This document shows positions 19,845-29,522 of a stretch of 64,000 bases of DNA, one piece after another (position 1 is the stretch's first letter; each line of letters opens with the position of its first letter). Position numbers and translations under genes: made by a program. This stretch comes from an uncultured virus (IMG/VR IMGVR_UViG_3300048504_000529) (taxonomy: Duplodnaviria; Heunggongvirae; Uroviricota; Caudoviricetes): IMG/VR virus record IMGVR_UViG_3300048504_000529, one strand, 5' to 3'. The notes beneath the pieces are model-generated. The model was not told where the DNA came from, ran no database searches, and was given only the letters and a program-made list of their open reading frames with translations.

Positions 19845-19958
19845 AATATGTATTTTTTGTGAACCAAACGCAGTTTTGTATCGTTATATATATTGTTGAG
19901 GCACTAATGCTTTAACATCGTAAATCCACAACAAAAAACAATAGAAAGAACCACTACA

Positions 19959-20057
19959 ATGTTAACAGATCAACAATGCTTTAAAATCGTAAGATTCATG
20001 GTTTCAGTAATCACATTTGCTATTTCCAGCGGTGCTGTTTATGTACTTGGTATGTAA
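19959..20057 (+). CDS. 32-aa single-transmembrane small protein (below the ORF-track cutoff)
   Basis: Own translation MLTDQQCFKIVRFMVSVITFAISSGAVYVLGM*; upstream hairpin, downstream terminator. Confidence 0.55.
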   Translation: MLTDQQCFKIVRFMVSVITFAISSGAVYVLGM

Positions 20058-20077
20058 ATAATAAACATTCGGTGGTT

Positions 20078-20117
20078 AAAACGAAGAAAGTGGTTAAGAC
20101 TTTCTTCGTTTTTCTTT
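20078..20117 (+). terminator. Intrinsic terminator
   Basis: AAAACGAAGAAAGT / ACTTTCTTCGTTTT inverted repeat, 7-nt loop, T-rich tail. Confidence 0.75.
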
Positions 20118-20804
20118 CATTGTATAAAAATAAAAATATGACAACATTAAGTTTACCACATACATTTGCAATAAGCATACTTTCTCGTCTTCTTCGCAGA
20201 AAATCAAAATCAGTAAAATCAGTAAGATCAGTAAAAACTGCATCTGTGAAAAACTACGAAACCTTCAATGAAATAAAAGGTGATGTAATGGATTACGATG
20301 GAATGGGAAATTACGGAAGATTTCCTTGTGCGAAGTAGTAATTATTTATGTGAGTTTTAATACCATATCATCAATCTGCATAATGATTACAATAATTGTT
20401 GCAACATTTTGGTATATTTGCAACAATGTGTATTGATATGAAAGTTCCACAAAAAATTAATTCTACAACACCAACCGAAATTGACAAAGAAGTTAGTCTC
20501 GGCGAATTGCTTGCGATGCGAGGTAAACCGTTCAAAGACTGGAAAGAAGAACGTAAGTATCTGCAAGAAAAATGGGGAAAGCAAGGTCGGCAAATAGACA
20601 CAAAAAAGGGGATGAACTCCGAATACTCAGCGGACACCCCACAAAAATAAATAGTTTGTAAAAATTAGTTTACATCATTTTTTAGTTTTTCAAGTTCTGC
20701 ATATCGTTTGTCTATTGCTTTACATTCAAGATAATGCCAGACTATCATCACCGATAGTATAATCAATGGTAAAAGTAAAACAAGATATGGAAATAATGTT
20801 TCCA

Positions 20805-21017
20805 TTAGTTTGCTTGCTTGAATCCTACTGATTCAAGAATATCACGAACTCGTTCACGATCAATAGAATCGGCTGCGAACTCTATATCTGTTCTTCGTGC
20901 GACTAAATTACACGCATAAACGAAATCAAGATGCGATACATTCTGTAAAGGATAAACTGCTTTGCTACCGAAATAGAAACTTTTGCAGTATTCAATAAAT
21001 TTGTTGATGTTTTCCAT
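20805..21017 (-). CDS. Hypothetical phage protein
   Basis: 70 aa with DSIDRERVR motif. Confidence 0.6.
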   Translation of the reverse strand: MENINKFIEYCKSFYFGSKAVYPLQNVSHLDFVYACNLVARRTDIEFAADSIDRERVRDILESVGFKQAN

Positions 21018-21152
21018 GATTATAATTGGTTAAACGTTAAACACTTGCTTGAACCTACCAGGTCCAAACTTAAAATAGAAAATCAGTTTTTCTCTCTCGG
21101 TTAATTTTACTTTTGGTTTTATAGTAGTATTTGTATCTCTCATTATGTTTAT

Positions 21153-21181
21153 ATACTACCAAAAATCTTATAAAAAGTCAA
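21153..21181 (-). promoter_or_regulatory. Early promoter, repeat family
   Basis: TTGACT-17-TAGTAT. Confidence 0.8.
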
Positions 21182-21184
21182 GTC

Positions 21185-22267
21185 TTATTTGACGAAACTA
21201 AAGAACTTGTTGGATTTGTGGGAAGATTCTAGATATTTCTTAACACTATTTGCGTAGTGATGCATAAACTCATCGTGACTCAATAACAAATTATCAGTAT
21301 TATAGATATTGTCAGACAAAACACAACTTGGATAAGGTGTTGCAGTGGGTATTCTGAACTTTTTAGCAACTTCACATCCTTTAAATTTTTTCACGATACT
21401 CGTAAGTTGATGTTTGGTTGCATCGAAACAATACGGCCAGAAAATATAGTCTGGATTATGATTTTCACGTTGATATTTTATATTATAATACGCATTATAA
21501 ATAGGTATTTCAAAATTCTGGTCAGATGCAGACCTTTTAACACTTATGGTATTAACCAACCAATCACATTCTGTGTCATATAATGGAATATCATTGTCAG
21601 GTTCAAAATTATATGATAATTCACGATCACCGAGTATATCATCAAATGCATCTTTAACGAGAGGATCAACCGTTTCGGGTGTAGAAACTCCTTTTTCAAT
21701 AAGTGTGGCATTTGGTCGGACCTTTGCTAAATTCTTTTCCACAAGAAACCGTTTTGCAATAAATTCATCACGTTGTGTTGTATCATGCATATAATGTTCT
21801 TCCTGTAAACTCTTTCTTATGTTTTCAAGAAACTTAGAAGTATTTGGGTCACCTGTTTTCGCAATTTTTAATCTTCCATCTTTGTCTACAGTTTTTAACA
21901 CATCAATAACATCAAGTGACAATCGTTTCTCAGAAATTAGACCGGCCTTCCTACTTTCTTTACCACCCACTTTTTCTTTACTAATTTTCTGAATTCCCGG
22001 AAAAGTAAAATATTCAAATGTAGTTTCTGATTCATAGCATTTTTTGTATGCCTCTTCAACTGAGTCTGACAGGTTCTTGATTTTACAAACACTTTCGTAA
22101 ATCCTCAAGCATTCACTACTTTGTTTAAAAGACTCGTAATCGTGGTCTACTTCACGCAATACTTCGGACAATGTAACTCCTTTTGCTTTTTGCGGTGACA
22201 TTACAAATTCCCCTTTATTTAATAAGTATTTTCTTTCAGATTTACTATAATCTCTCATTTGGCACAT
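21185..22267 (-). CDS. Hypothetical protein, possibly PD-(D/E)xK nuclease-like
   Basis: 360 aa; ECD..ISVK pattern only; own promoter TTGACT-17-TATTAT at 22299-22327. Confidence 0.45.
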   Translation of the reverse strand: MCQMRDYSKSERKYLLNKGEFVMSPQKAKGVTLSEVLREVDHDYESFKQSSECLRIYESVCKIKNLSDSVEEAYKKCYESETTFEYFTFPGIQKISKEKVGGKESRKAGLISEKRLSLDVIDVLKTVDKDGRLKIAKTGDPNTSKFLENIRKSLQEEHYMHDTTQRDEFIAKRFLVEKNLAKVRPNATLIEKGVSTPETVDPLVKDAFDDILGDRELSYNFEPDNDIPLYDTECDWLVNTISVKRSASDQNFEIPIYNAYYNIKYQRENHNPDYIFWPYCFDATKHQLTSIVKKFKGCEVAKKFRIPTATPYPSCVLSDNIYNTDNLLLSHDEFMHHYANSVKKYLESSHKSNKFFSFVK

Positions 22268-22461
22268 TGGTTAATATTAATAATTTAATTTATATAATAT
22301 AATACCTAACCAATACAAATTAGTCAAATGTTTTTTTAAATCCTTTTATCAGTTATACCAATAATTTACCTTATATTGGTAAGTTAGTCAAGCCAACAAT
22401 CGCAATGTATGGTCACTTTAAAAAACTAAGATGCTGATATCCAATGAATTGCAACTTTAAT

Positions 22462-22869
22462 TTATTTTATCTTTTCCCAACGATTATCGTAGTTCAAACG
22501 AAATGTTCCTACATAATTATCGTATCCACCCACTCTTTCGTTTGGAGCAAACAATGAAATAGTATGCGTATGTGTTGCGTTGCTCTTGGTGTATAAATGA
22601 TACTCATTGCCTATAACAGGTTTCAAACGAAACTCTGCGTTGAACATAATATCATTCCATTTGAAATCTTCCGCAAGTTCTTCAAATTGCTTTTTAAGAG
22701 CATCAAACTTGTCTGTATAATGTTTGTTTGCTGAATGTACTGCTCCGTGTTTCCAACCGGTTAACGAGTGATCAGGTTTTATTACAGGTGCAGCCAAATC
22801 ACTTGCATACGGAAGTGCATTCGGATGAGGAACTACATTATCAGGAATCTTTTTTTCTTCGTTGGTCAT
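22462..22869 (-). CDS. DUF2452-like protein
   Basis: LPY..AP.I, F.P.IG..YHLY, GTFRL..D..W. Confidence 0.7.
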   Translation of the reverse strand: MTNEEKKIPDNVVPHPNALPYASDLAAPVIKPDHSLTGWKHGAVHSANKHYTDKFDALKKQFEELAEDFKWNDIMFNAEFRLKPVIGNEYHLYTKSNATHTHTISLFAPNERVGGYDNYVGTFRLNYDNRWEKIK

Positions 22870-23060
22870 TACCAATGTCTTATTGCATTTGCAATTATAA
22901 AGAAACAAGTAATAACATTCAACAAAATAATGAATGTCCGAAGCATTAAACTAACTCTTGCTTGATTCTGAGTTAGAATTGGAATATCAGGTTCGTCATC
23001 ATCTGTTTTACCGACACGATGATCAACGGTTCTTGCCCAAATGAGCCAAAGTCTTTTCAC
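22869..23060 (-). CDS. Small conserved phage membrane protein
   Basis: WLIWAR, RT, NVITCFFIIANAIRHW. Confidence 0.65.
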   Translation of the reverse strand: MKRLWLIWARTVDHRVGKTDDDEPDIPILTQNQARVSLMLRTFIILLNVITCFFIIANAIRHW

Positions 23061-23399
23061 TTACTTCTTTTTCTCAGTTTTCCATTTGCCACCGGCATCT
23101 TTATACATTTTGGCAGCCCAACCATTTGCGTAAGCTGAAGGATAAACATCAAATTTCTTTTTTGCTTGGCCTACCCAATATGACCACTTGCTTGGAGAAG
23201 TGGGAACGTTCTTTTCTAAAAATAATTGTAATCTTTCTTCTATTGTTTTCTTTTCCATAAATTCTTTCACAGGTTTTGATTTGGTTTGTTTTCCTGCTTG
23301 TCGTTTTTTACGACCTGCACAATGTGCTTTTTGACTGAATCCTTTTGGATTGTTGCAGTCAATTTTCTTTTTTTGATCGTTGCTCCATTCTTCGTTCAC
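23061..23399 (-). CDS. Basic, putative virion-associated protein
   Basis: IDCNNPKGFSQKAHC and AKKKFDVYPSAYA..YK..GG modules. Confidence 0.7.
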   Translation of the reverse strand: MNEEWSNDQKKKIDCNNPKGFSQKAHCAGRKKRQAGKQTKSKPVKEFMEKKTIEERLQLFLEKNVPTSPSKWSYWVGQAKKKFDVYPSAYANGWAAKMYKDAGGKWKTEKKK

Positions 23400-23743
23400 G
23401 ATCCTTTTCCTGTTCCACTTTTTTTGCCACTTTTCTTTGTGTATGTGCTGACACTAATAGGTTTCTTGCCTTGACCACTTGATTCTTTTCCACCACGATC
23501 AGCATCATTTTGAGCAGCCCGTTTTCTGCGAGTTGCACTTTCTTTTTCTTTGTCAGACATTTTGCTGGCAGTTTTTTGAGGAACGCATTTTGCATATCCT
23601 CGTTTGTCACCACTTGTGCCACACGGTGGATGTTTTCCGTCTTTGTCTTTTTTACCAATATTGACCCATTTGCTTTTAAACCAATTACGCAAATCTTCGT
23701 TCAGAATTTCACGGATGATTTGTTTTAGTTCCGACTTTTTCAT
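23396..23743 (-). CDS. Putative internal head protein with leader motif
   Basis: MKKSELKQIIREILNE then LRNWF..KWV..CG..KCVP. Confidence 0.65.
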   Translation of the reverse strand: MKKSELKQIIREILNEDLRNWFKSKWVNIGKKDKDGKHPPCGTSGDKRGYAKCVPQKTASKMSDKEKESATRRKRAAQNDADRGGKESSGQGKKPISVSTYTKKSGKKSGTGKGS

Positions 23744-24387
23744 TAAAGATTTCCCCAAATCTCTTTCCAATTATCAACATCTTTTGATAAATACTTTTTT
23801 AAATCTTTGTCTAAATCTGAACGAACTTGCTCTGCTCCTCTTGGAGTATGACCCAACGCATCTTGCAAAGCAATAAGTGCAGTATATGCTTTTACGTGCT
23901 TTGTATAACCACCTTTTTTTGCTACGAAATGACGTGCTTCTAAATGTTGATTACGATCAGTCATTTGTGCAACCTTTTTTAATTCTGCTTCACGGTATGA
24001 TCCTGATTTTTCGTTTAATTTTCCACGGGAACCAATCCACAATGTATACCCTAACTTCTTATACTTTTTAATGGTATCAGGATCATCCGGAATATCCAAC
24101 TGCTTTTTGGTTGTTTTATGTCGTACATTAATAGTTTTGCTATCATTGATTGCTCCTTCTGATGCGGTACCTGCAAGTGTTACAATGATTTCTGCTTTTT
24201 TGCTTGCAGGTGAATCAGCATACTTTTTATCAACATACGCATAATGTTTTTTTAATAGTGCTTGTGCTTCTGCTTTGTTTGATCCTGCTTTGAGCATTGC
24301 TTGCAACACTTTTGCTTTGTCGTGTTCTGCAACTACTGCTTCTTCAAGTTCTTGTTTAATAAGTTGTTTAAGTTGTTCTTTTTTCAT
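23743..24387 (-). CDS. Putative internal head protein with leader motif
   Basis: MKKEQLKQLIKQELEE start. Confidence 0.6.
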   Translation of the reverse strand: MKKEQLKQLIKQELEEAVVAEHDKAKVLQAMLKAGSNKAEAQALLKKHYAYVDKKYADSPASKKAEIIVTLAGTASEGAINDSKTINVRHKTTKKQLDIPDDPDTIKKYKKLGYTLWIGSRGKLNEKSGSYREAELKKVAQMTDRNQHLEARHFVAKKGGYTKHVKAYTALIALQDALGHTPRGAEQVRSDLDKDLKKYLSKDVDNWKEIWGNL

Positions 24388-24391
24388 TGTA

Positions 24392-25144
24392 TTATCCTTT
24401 TCCCAATAGTAGTGGACAACCGAGGTCGTCAATTTCAAATTCTGTTCCGTTCCAAGTTGCTTCGTGTCCGTTGTTCAATTCAATTCCGACACTTACTTGT
24501 TGTGGATTGTCTGCATCGTATGTTCCAATTTTTCTGATTTGAACATTAACTGCTTCATTATCTTTGGTTTGAACTCCTTTTGGTCCTACCATTACATAGT
24601 TTCCACCTGAAAGTGGGAAATAATGAGCACTTGCACCTTTCTTGAACTTCTTTAGTGCTTTAACAAGTTCTGCTTTGCTTTTCTTGGGATTTTTGATAGC
24701 TTCATCCATTCGTTTTTCCCAATCAGGATATTCGTTGTGCAAATGCTTGCTGATCATACCACCCAACTTTTTATGTGCTTTTAGAAATTTGATCAAATCT
24801 TTGTCGTTGCGTGTATTATTAACAAGTGCTTCAAGTGCTTCTTCACCATGTTCCAATTCTGAATATAATGCTTTTGGTAAAACACTTTCGTTTAGATTAT
24901 TTATTGCTTCACTTAATGCTCCTTCATAATTAGTATCAAGATGTTTTGTAATTCTTTGATGCAACTTATCTAGTTCACGCCAAAACTTTTGAAGTTTGTT
25001 GTCTTTAAGTTTAATGGCAATTTCTCTGAATGCAGTTAAACTTGATGAATAAACTTTATATGCTCTATCAAGTGTATTGGTGTTTTCTGACAACAACTCG
25101 GATAGTTCCGTTCGTATAATTTTTTTTAAGTTTGATTTATTCAT
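24392..25144 (-). CDS. Putative internal head protein with leader motif
   Basis: MNKSNLKKIIRTELSE start; two internal KHL..Y segments. Confidence 0.6.
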   Translation of the reverse strand: MNKSNLKKIIRTELSELLSENTNTLDRAYKVYSSSLTAFREIAIKLKDNKLQKFWRELDKLHQRITKHLDTNYEGALSEAINNLNESVLPKALYSELEHGEEALEALVNNTRNDKDLIKFLKAHKKLGGMISKHLHNEYPDWEKRMDEAIKNPKKSKAELVKALKKFKKGASAHYFPLSGGNYVMVGPKGVQTKDNEAVNVQIRKIGTYDADNPQQVSVGIELNNGHEATWNGTEFEIDDLGCPLLLGKG

Positions 25145-25635
25145 CAATCCCATCCTTTATAGTTTTTGTCCAAGTGACTATCTAAGTTCATAAGCAGTTT
25201 CTTTGCATCACGAAAAGTTTTTTTTACGAATGGGTCTTTATCGTATCCACTTTCTTCGTATGTCATATCCAACAAACCATACACCCCGTCTGAAAAGTTA
25301 TAGTAAGAATCTTTAATGTGCTGATATTCTTTTTTCATTTTTGCATTGGAAACCTCTTCACGCACAAGTTCTTTTAATTCTGATTTATTCATAGTAATTG
25401 ATTCTTTTGTTGCACCTTCACCCTTCTTCCACCCTTGCTTGGCACGAAGAGCAAACATTAATTCTGAAAATTGTTCACGGTTAAAAGGTTTTTTGCCTTT
25501 TAATGCTTCCATTTCTTTTTTAATCTGAGTAATAGTTTTGTCTGCGTGTTCACCCGTTGATTTTACTTCAACATCATCATCCCATTCTTCTGCGACAATG
25601 TCACGTACAATATCACTTAGTTTATTGTTATTCAT
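25144..25635 (-). CDS. Putative internal head protein with two leader-like motifs
   Basis: MNNNKLSDIVRDIVAEE and internal MNKSELKELVREE. Confidence 0.6.
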   Translation of the reverse strand: MNNNKLSDIVRDIVAEEWDDDVEVKSTGEHADKTITQIKKEMEALKGKKPFNREQFSELMFALRAKQGWKKGEGATKESITMNKSELKELVREEVSNAKMKKEYQHIKDSYYNFSDGVYGLLDMTYEESGYDKDPFVKKTFRDAKKLLMNLDSHLDKNYKGWD

Positions 25636-25687
25636 ATCAATAAATATATATGAATATAATTAAATTATCAATCAAAATACACCCTTA

Positions 25688-25757
25688 TAAAAAATGAGTT
25701 GCCATCAGGACGAACCTTAATGGCAACTCTGGGAGATGATGGTGATATAAGATATAT
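25688..25757 (-). ncRNA. Candidate ~70-nt small RNA
   Basis: Promoter and terminator about 35 bp apart with no ORF between them. Confidence 0.55.
25689..25729 (-). terminator. Intrinsic terminator
   Basis: GAGTTGCCAT / ATGGCAACTC 10-bp stem followed by a T run on the minus strand. Confidence 0.8.
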
Positions 25758-25763
25758 ATATGT

Positions 25764-25792
25764 ATACTATGATTTTATTTCAAAAAAGTCAA
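25764..25792 (-). promoter_or_regulatory. Early promoter, repeat family
   Basis: TTGACT-17-TAGTAT. Confidence 0.8.
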
Positions 25793-25799
25793 AGTTTTT

Positions 25800-26009
25800 T
25801 CACTTTTTTTGCGAATATTCGTCTTCATCTATATCTTTTAGAAAATCTACGATGGTATTTTGAACTTCTTTAAGAACTTTTGCTTTTTCTTCCCACACTT
25901 CTTTTGACCAATCTGCGTCATCTACAACTTCACGTAGATTTTGTGCCATACTGGTAATAAAGTCAAGTTCTGCAATAACCTTGTTACGTGCTTTGCATCG
26001 TTTAGACAT
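25800..26009 (-). CDS. Hypothetical protein
   Basis: 69-aa ORF coupled to the upstream stop. Confidence 0.6.
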   Translation of the reverse strand: MSKRCKARNKVIAELDFITSMAQNLREVVDDADWSKEVWEEKAKVLKEVQNTIVDFLKDIDEDEYSQKK

Positions 26010-26338
26010 TATGAAACGTATGCGTTTAATTCAAAATTACCACTTTCCATTCCGTATACTTGAAAGTGTAAATGCTTGCGTTGTGGTTTTCCGTTCTTTG
26101 TTAATGCGACACTAAATGAATTGCTTTTTCCAACACTTGGTCTTGCTCGTCTGTATTTTCCACCGAATGCAACTTCAGTTGTCCAATTTTCTTCGTCAAT
26201 TTCAAATCCTTTTTTTTCCGCAACTTTACGTGCAGTTTCAGCTGCTGATGTAAATGACTTGTGATAAAGTTCGTATTGTCCTTCAAGTAACGATTTGAGT
26301 TCCTCACGAATAACTTGTTTTAAATCTGATTTGTTCAT
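26009..26338 (-). CDS. Putative internal head protein with leader motif
   Basis: MNKSDLKQVIREELKSLLE; QVYGM..FELNAY. Confidence 0.65.
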   Translation of the reverse strand: MNKSDLKQVIREELKSLLEGQYELYHKSFTSAAETARKVAEKKGFEIDEENWTTEVAFGGKYRRARPSVGKSNSFSVALTKNGKPQRKHLHFQVYGMESGNFELNAYVS

Positions 26339-26805
26339 TAGAATCCTATCTTGATATACTTGTCATCGAATTCAATCCAACGATAATCAGGACCTTTTGT
26401 TAAGTTCTCAAATGTTGTAGATTCATGTCGTTTTTGTACCGAAGATACTCTGATTATTACAATGTATCCGTGAATTCCGTCAAAGACTTCTTCTGCTTTT
26501 CCTTTGAAAAGTTTTTCCCAATATTTTATACTAAGACGAGGTTTTCTTTCTAATTCATCAAGGTCAACCGTTCCAACCGAACCAGTTCTTGATACTGCCT
26601 CACCTACAATTTCCCAATCATCTATACCAAGTTTTTTCATTTCTTTGCGAAGTTCTTTATTGATTTTTTTTACCTCTGGTGAATCTGCTCCATGTTTGTC
26701 ACGTGCTTGAAGTTTTGCTAAAAGAAGATCACTATACTTTAGATACTTGGATGCTTCTGTGATTTCAGACGATATCAGTTTTTCAAAGTGTTCATTTATG
26801 TTCAT
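26338..26805 (-). CDS. Putative internal head protein
   Basis: Degenerate leader ending ISSEITE; TATTTAT upstream. Confidence 0.55.
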   Translation of the reverse strand: MNINEHFEKLISSEITEASKYLKYSDLLLAKLQARDKHGADSPEVKKINKELRKEMKKLGIDDWEIVGEAVSRTGSVGTVDLDELERKPRLSIKYWEKLFKGKAEEVFDGIHGYIVIIRVSSVQKRHESTTFENLTKGPDYRWIEFDDKYIKIGF

Positions 26806-26931
26806 AACAATAAATATATATTAATCTTAAAAAAAATCATTCATCTTCATCGTAGAAAAAATGAAGAAATCCTAGTATGAATATGAGCAAAGTAAAACCT
26901 ATACCCAGATACCAAATTGCTTCGTGCCACA

Positions 26932-27363
26932 TTATTCGTCAATGATTACATCAAATGTATCACCCTGACGAATTTGCTCAATAATATCTAAACCCTCCGT
27001 AACTCTACCAAAGCAAGTATGACCACCGTCAAGATGAGCAGTTGCTTGACGAGTATGCACTAAAAAGAATTGAGAACCACCTGTATTGGGTCCTGCGTGT
27101 GCCATACTCAATACACCTTTATCGTGATATTGATTACCACCTTGCGTTTCACATTGGATGGTGTATCCAGGTCCTCCGTTTCCTGCACCATTTGGACACC
27201 CACCTTGAGCAACAAATCCAGGTATAACTCTATGAAATGTCAAATTTCTGTAGAAACCCCTGTTTGCTAAATCGCAAAAGTTTTTCACTGTATTGGGTGC
27301 ATCGTTATCATAAAACTCAATCTTCATTGAGCCTGCAGTAGTTTTAATTGTTCCTGTTGTCAT
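26932..27363 (-). CDS. Cyclophilin-type peptidyl-prolyl isomerase
   Basis: FHRVIPGFVAQGG, LSMAHAG, GSQFF, HLDG.HT.FG. Confidence 0.96.
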   Translation of the reverse strand: MTTGTIKTTAGSMKIEFYDNDAPNTVKNFCDLANRGFYRNLTFHRVIPGFVAQGGCPNGAGNGGPGYTIQCETQGGNQYHDKGVLSMAHAGPNTGGSQFFLVHTRQATAHLDGGHTCFGRVTEGLDIIEQIRQGDTFDVIIDE

Positions 27364-27370
27364 AATATTT

Positions 27371-27676
27371 TTAATCTATAAAATCGTAAGTAAATGAGGT
27401 TGATGTAAAAATTGGTTCATTTTCTTTATCACAAAATGATCCTTGAATGTTATATTCAAACCACTCGATTGCATCGTTATGATCCCATGAATGTTCCATT
27501 CCAACTAAAGTTTTTAAGATGTCCGATACTTCGTAAATAACTCTGCCTTCTTTTGACAGACCCGTGATACAATGATCATAACCGTTGATCATAATTGCAT
27601 TCGGATTATGCTTGGCAATCCAGTCACGCATTGTTTGTTCAACTTTGTTTGTCTTTGGTATGATTAAGTTACTCAT
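27371..27676 (-). CDS. Conserved phage hypothetical protein
   Basis: GYD.CI.G, AIEWFEYNI.G, PIF. Confidence 0.7.
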   Translation of the reverse strand: MSNLIIPKTNKVEQTMRDWIAKHNPNAIMINGYDHCITGLSKEGRVIYEVSDILKTLVGMEHSWDHNDAIEWFEYNIQGSFCDKENEPIFTSTSFTYDFID

Positions 27677-27688
27677 TTTATTAATACA

Positions 27689-28669
27689 TTATAGAGTTAA
27701 TTTGATTTTATTGCAAATCTTTTCTGATATATTTTTCATTTTATCTGCAATTGGTAAATAACTTACATTATCAATACAAGTATTCATTTCATTTAGTTTG
27801 TCGGCAATAATTTCACAACACTTTTGTTTAATGTTGTATGCCTCAAATACTTTATTGAGTTTACTTTCGTTGTCATCATAATTTTGAAACATTTCAATAA
27901 TAGGTTTACGTTCTTGTTCGCAACAACTTTCAAGTAATGTAATAACAGGTAACGTTACTTTACCAGTTTTCAAATCTGTTTTCAATGTTTTGTGAGAATT
28001 AGTTTCTGATCCAAATACGTCCATTGCATCATCATACAACTGATATGCAATTCCAAGGTTTTCTGCGAATCGTGTAACATAACCTATTGCACTTTCATTC
28101 GCATTGCTAAGTTTTGCTCCTAATCTGCAAGCACACGCAAACAACTTACCGGTTTTTCCAAGTAGAATTTGTTCATATTCTTCATATGATGTTTCGTAAT
28201 TTCGTTGTGCAAACGATTGATTAACTTCACCAATACAAGTTGCTTTCGTTGCTTTAGATACTTCACGACAAACCGTTGTATCTGAAAACGATGATGCGAT
28301 TTCAAGTGCGTGTGACAACAAAATATCTCCGACAAGAATTGCTTCGTTGGCATCAACAATTCCGTGCAGTGTTGCTTGATTTCTGCGAACGGTTGCGTTG
28401 TCAATGACATCATCGTGTATTAAAGTTGCAATGTGAATTAACTCAACAATTACACTTGCTTTGATGATATCATGTTTTGTTGAATGATGCTTAATGTTGC
28501 AACAACTATGCACAAGCAAAGGTCTTAGTCTTTTGCCTTTGTTACCAACAACAAAGTTAATCATAAATTTCACTCTGTCTTCAAACGAGTCTACTTCATT
28601 TACTAAAGCAATTTCAAATTCTTCAAGAAAATCTTCAGTAATATATTGATGTGGTTTCTCTGATATCAT
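27689..28669 (-). CDS. ispB: Trans-polyprenyl diphosphate synthase, long-chain (IspB-like)
   Basis: GKRLRP, ATLIHDDVID (FARM), RR, KTG, YQLYDDAMD (SARM), GKVTLP. Confidence 0.88.
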   Translation of the reverse strand: MISEKPHQYITEDFLEEFEIALVNEVDSFEDRVKFMINFVVGNKGKRLRPLLVHSCCNIKHHSTKHDIIKASVIVELIHIATLIHDDVIDNATVRRNQATLHGIVDANEAILVGDILLSHALEIASSFSDTTVCREVSKATKATCIGEVNQSFAQRNYETSYEEYEQILLGKTGKLFACACRLGAKLSNANESAIGYVTRFAENLGIAYQLYDDAMDVFGSETNSHKTLKTDLKTGKVTLPVITLLESCCEQERKPIIEMFQNYDDNESKLNKVFEAYNIKQKCCEIIADKLNEMNTCIDNVSYLPIADKMKNISEKICNKIKLTL

Positions 28670-29522
28670 GTAAATTATTATACATTAACCTTATGTTAGT
28701 TTCAAGGTTTTTAATATTATCAAATGATTTAGCGAAAATAGGATAGTAAACTGATTGCAATGGATTTTCACATTCATCAATTTGAACAGAACCAAAACAA
28801 GGTTTCATTGATTTGTTTGTAAAGTCCCACTGTAATTTGCAAGATAATCTGTATTGACCAAATGTTTCATCACGAGACGAAGTATAATCTTGAGCAGTTG
28901 TTAAAGTGTTCCAAGTTAAAATGTGCTTACGTTGACTGATTTGTTTTAAATGAACACCACATAAAATATTGCAATTAGAACTGAACGTCTGAATTCTTGA
29001 ATCAAGTTCATTGATATAGATTCCAGTATCAATATTGTTTTTGCTTATTGCTTTGGCCAGTTTGTCTGAAAAGTTATAAATCCGTCTGTTTCGTTTTTGA
29101 ACAAGATTGTTTTGCATCGCAGTCATACCTCCTCCCATGTGACCCACTTCCTTACTCCACTTTTCCATTTTTATTGTTACTGGATCTTCCAAATGGTTAT
29201 ACAAATGATCATGAAAATCAACCGAGGAGTATGTTCCATCTTCTAATTTTTCATTATAGATTTCTTGTTGATAGGTTTCATCTGGTTCAGGATACACAAA
29301 CAATCTTGAACTCAATATAGTTCTTAATGTTTCACTTATACCTATGTCTAAAATTGAAGTAGTCTGCTTGATTTGTTCAATCATGTCATCTTCAAACATC
29401 TCCACAAGATTTATTTTTTGTTCTTCACTTAAATTTGAAGTCGTAATATCTACAACTTTATCTACACTTTTTCCACTTTCAACAAACTTTATTATGCTTT
29501 CTTTAATTTGTTGCAGATTCAT
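28635..29522 (-). CDS. Hypothetical protein
   Basis: 295-aa ORF in operon. Confidence 0.7.
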   Translation of the reverse strand: MNLQQIKESIIKFVESGKSVDKVVDITTSNLSEEQKINLVEMFEDDMIEQIKQTTSILDIGISETLRTILSSRLFVYPEPDETYQQEIYNEKLEDGTYSSVDFHDHLYNHLEDPVTIKMEKWSKEVGHMGGGMTAMQNNLVQKRNRRIYNFSDKLAKAISKNNIDTGIYINELDSRIQTFSSNCNILCGVHLKQISQRKHILTWNTLTTAQDYTSSRDETFGQYRLSCKLQWDFTNKSMKPCFGSVQIDECENPLQSVYYPIFAKSFDNIKNLETNIRLMYNNLHDIRETTSIYY

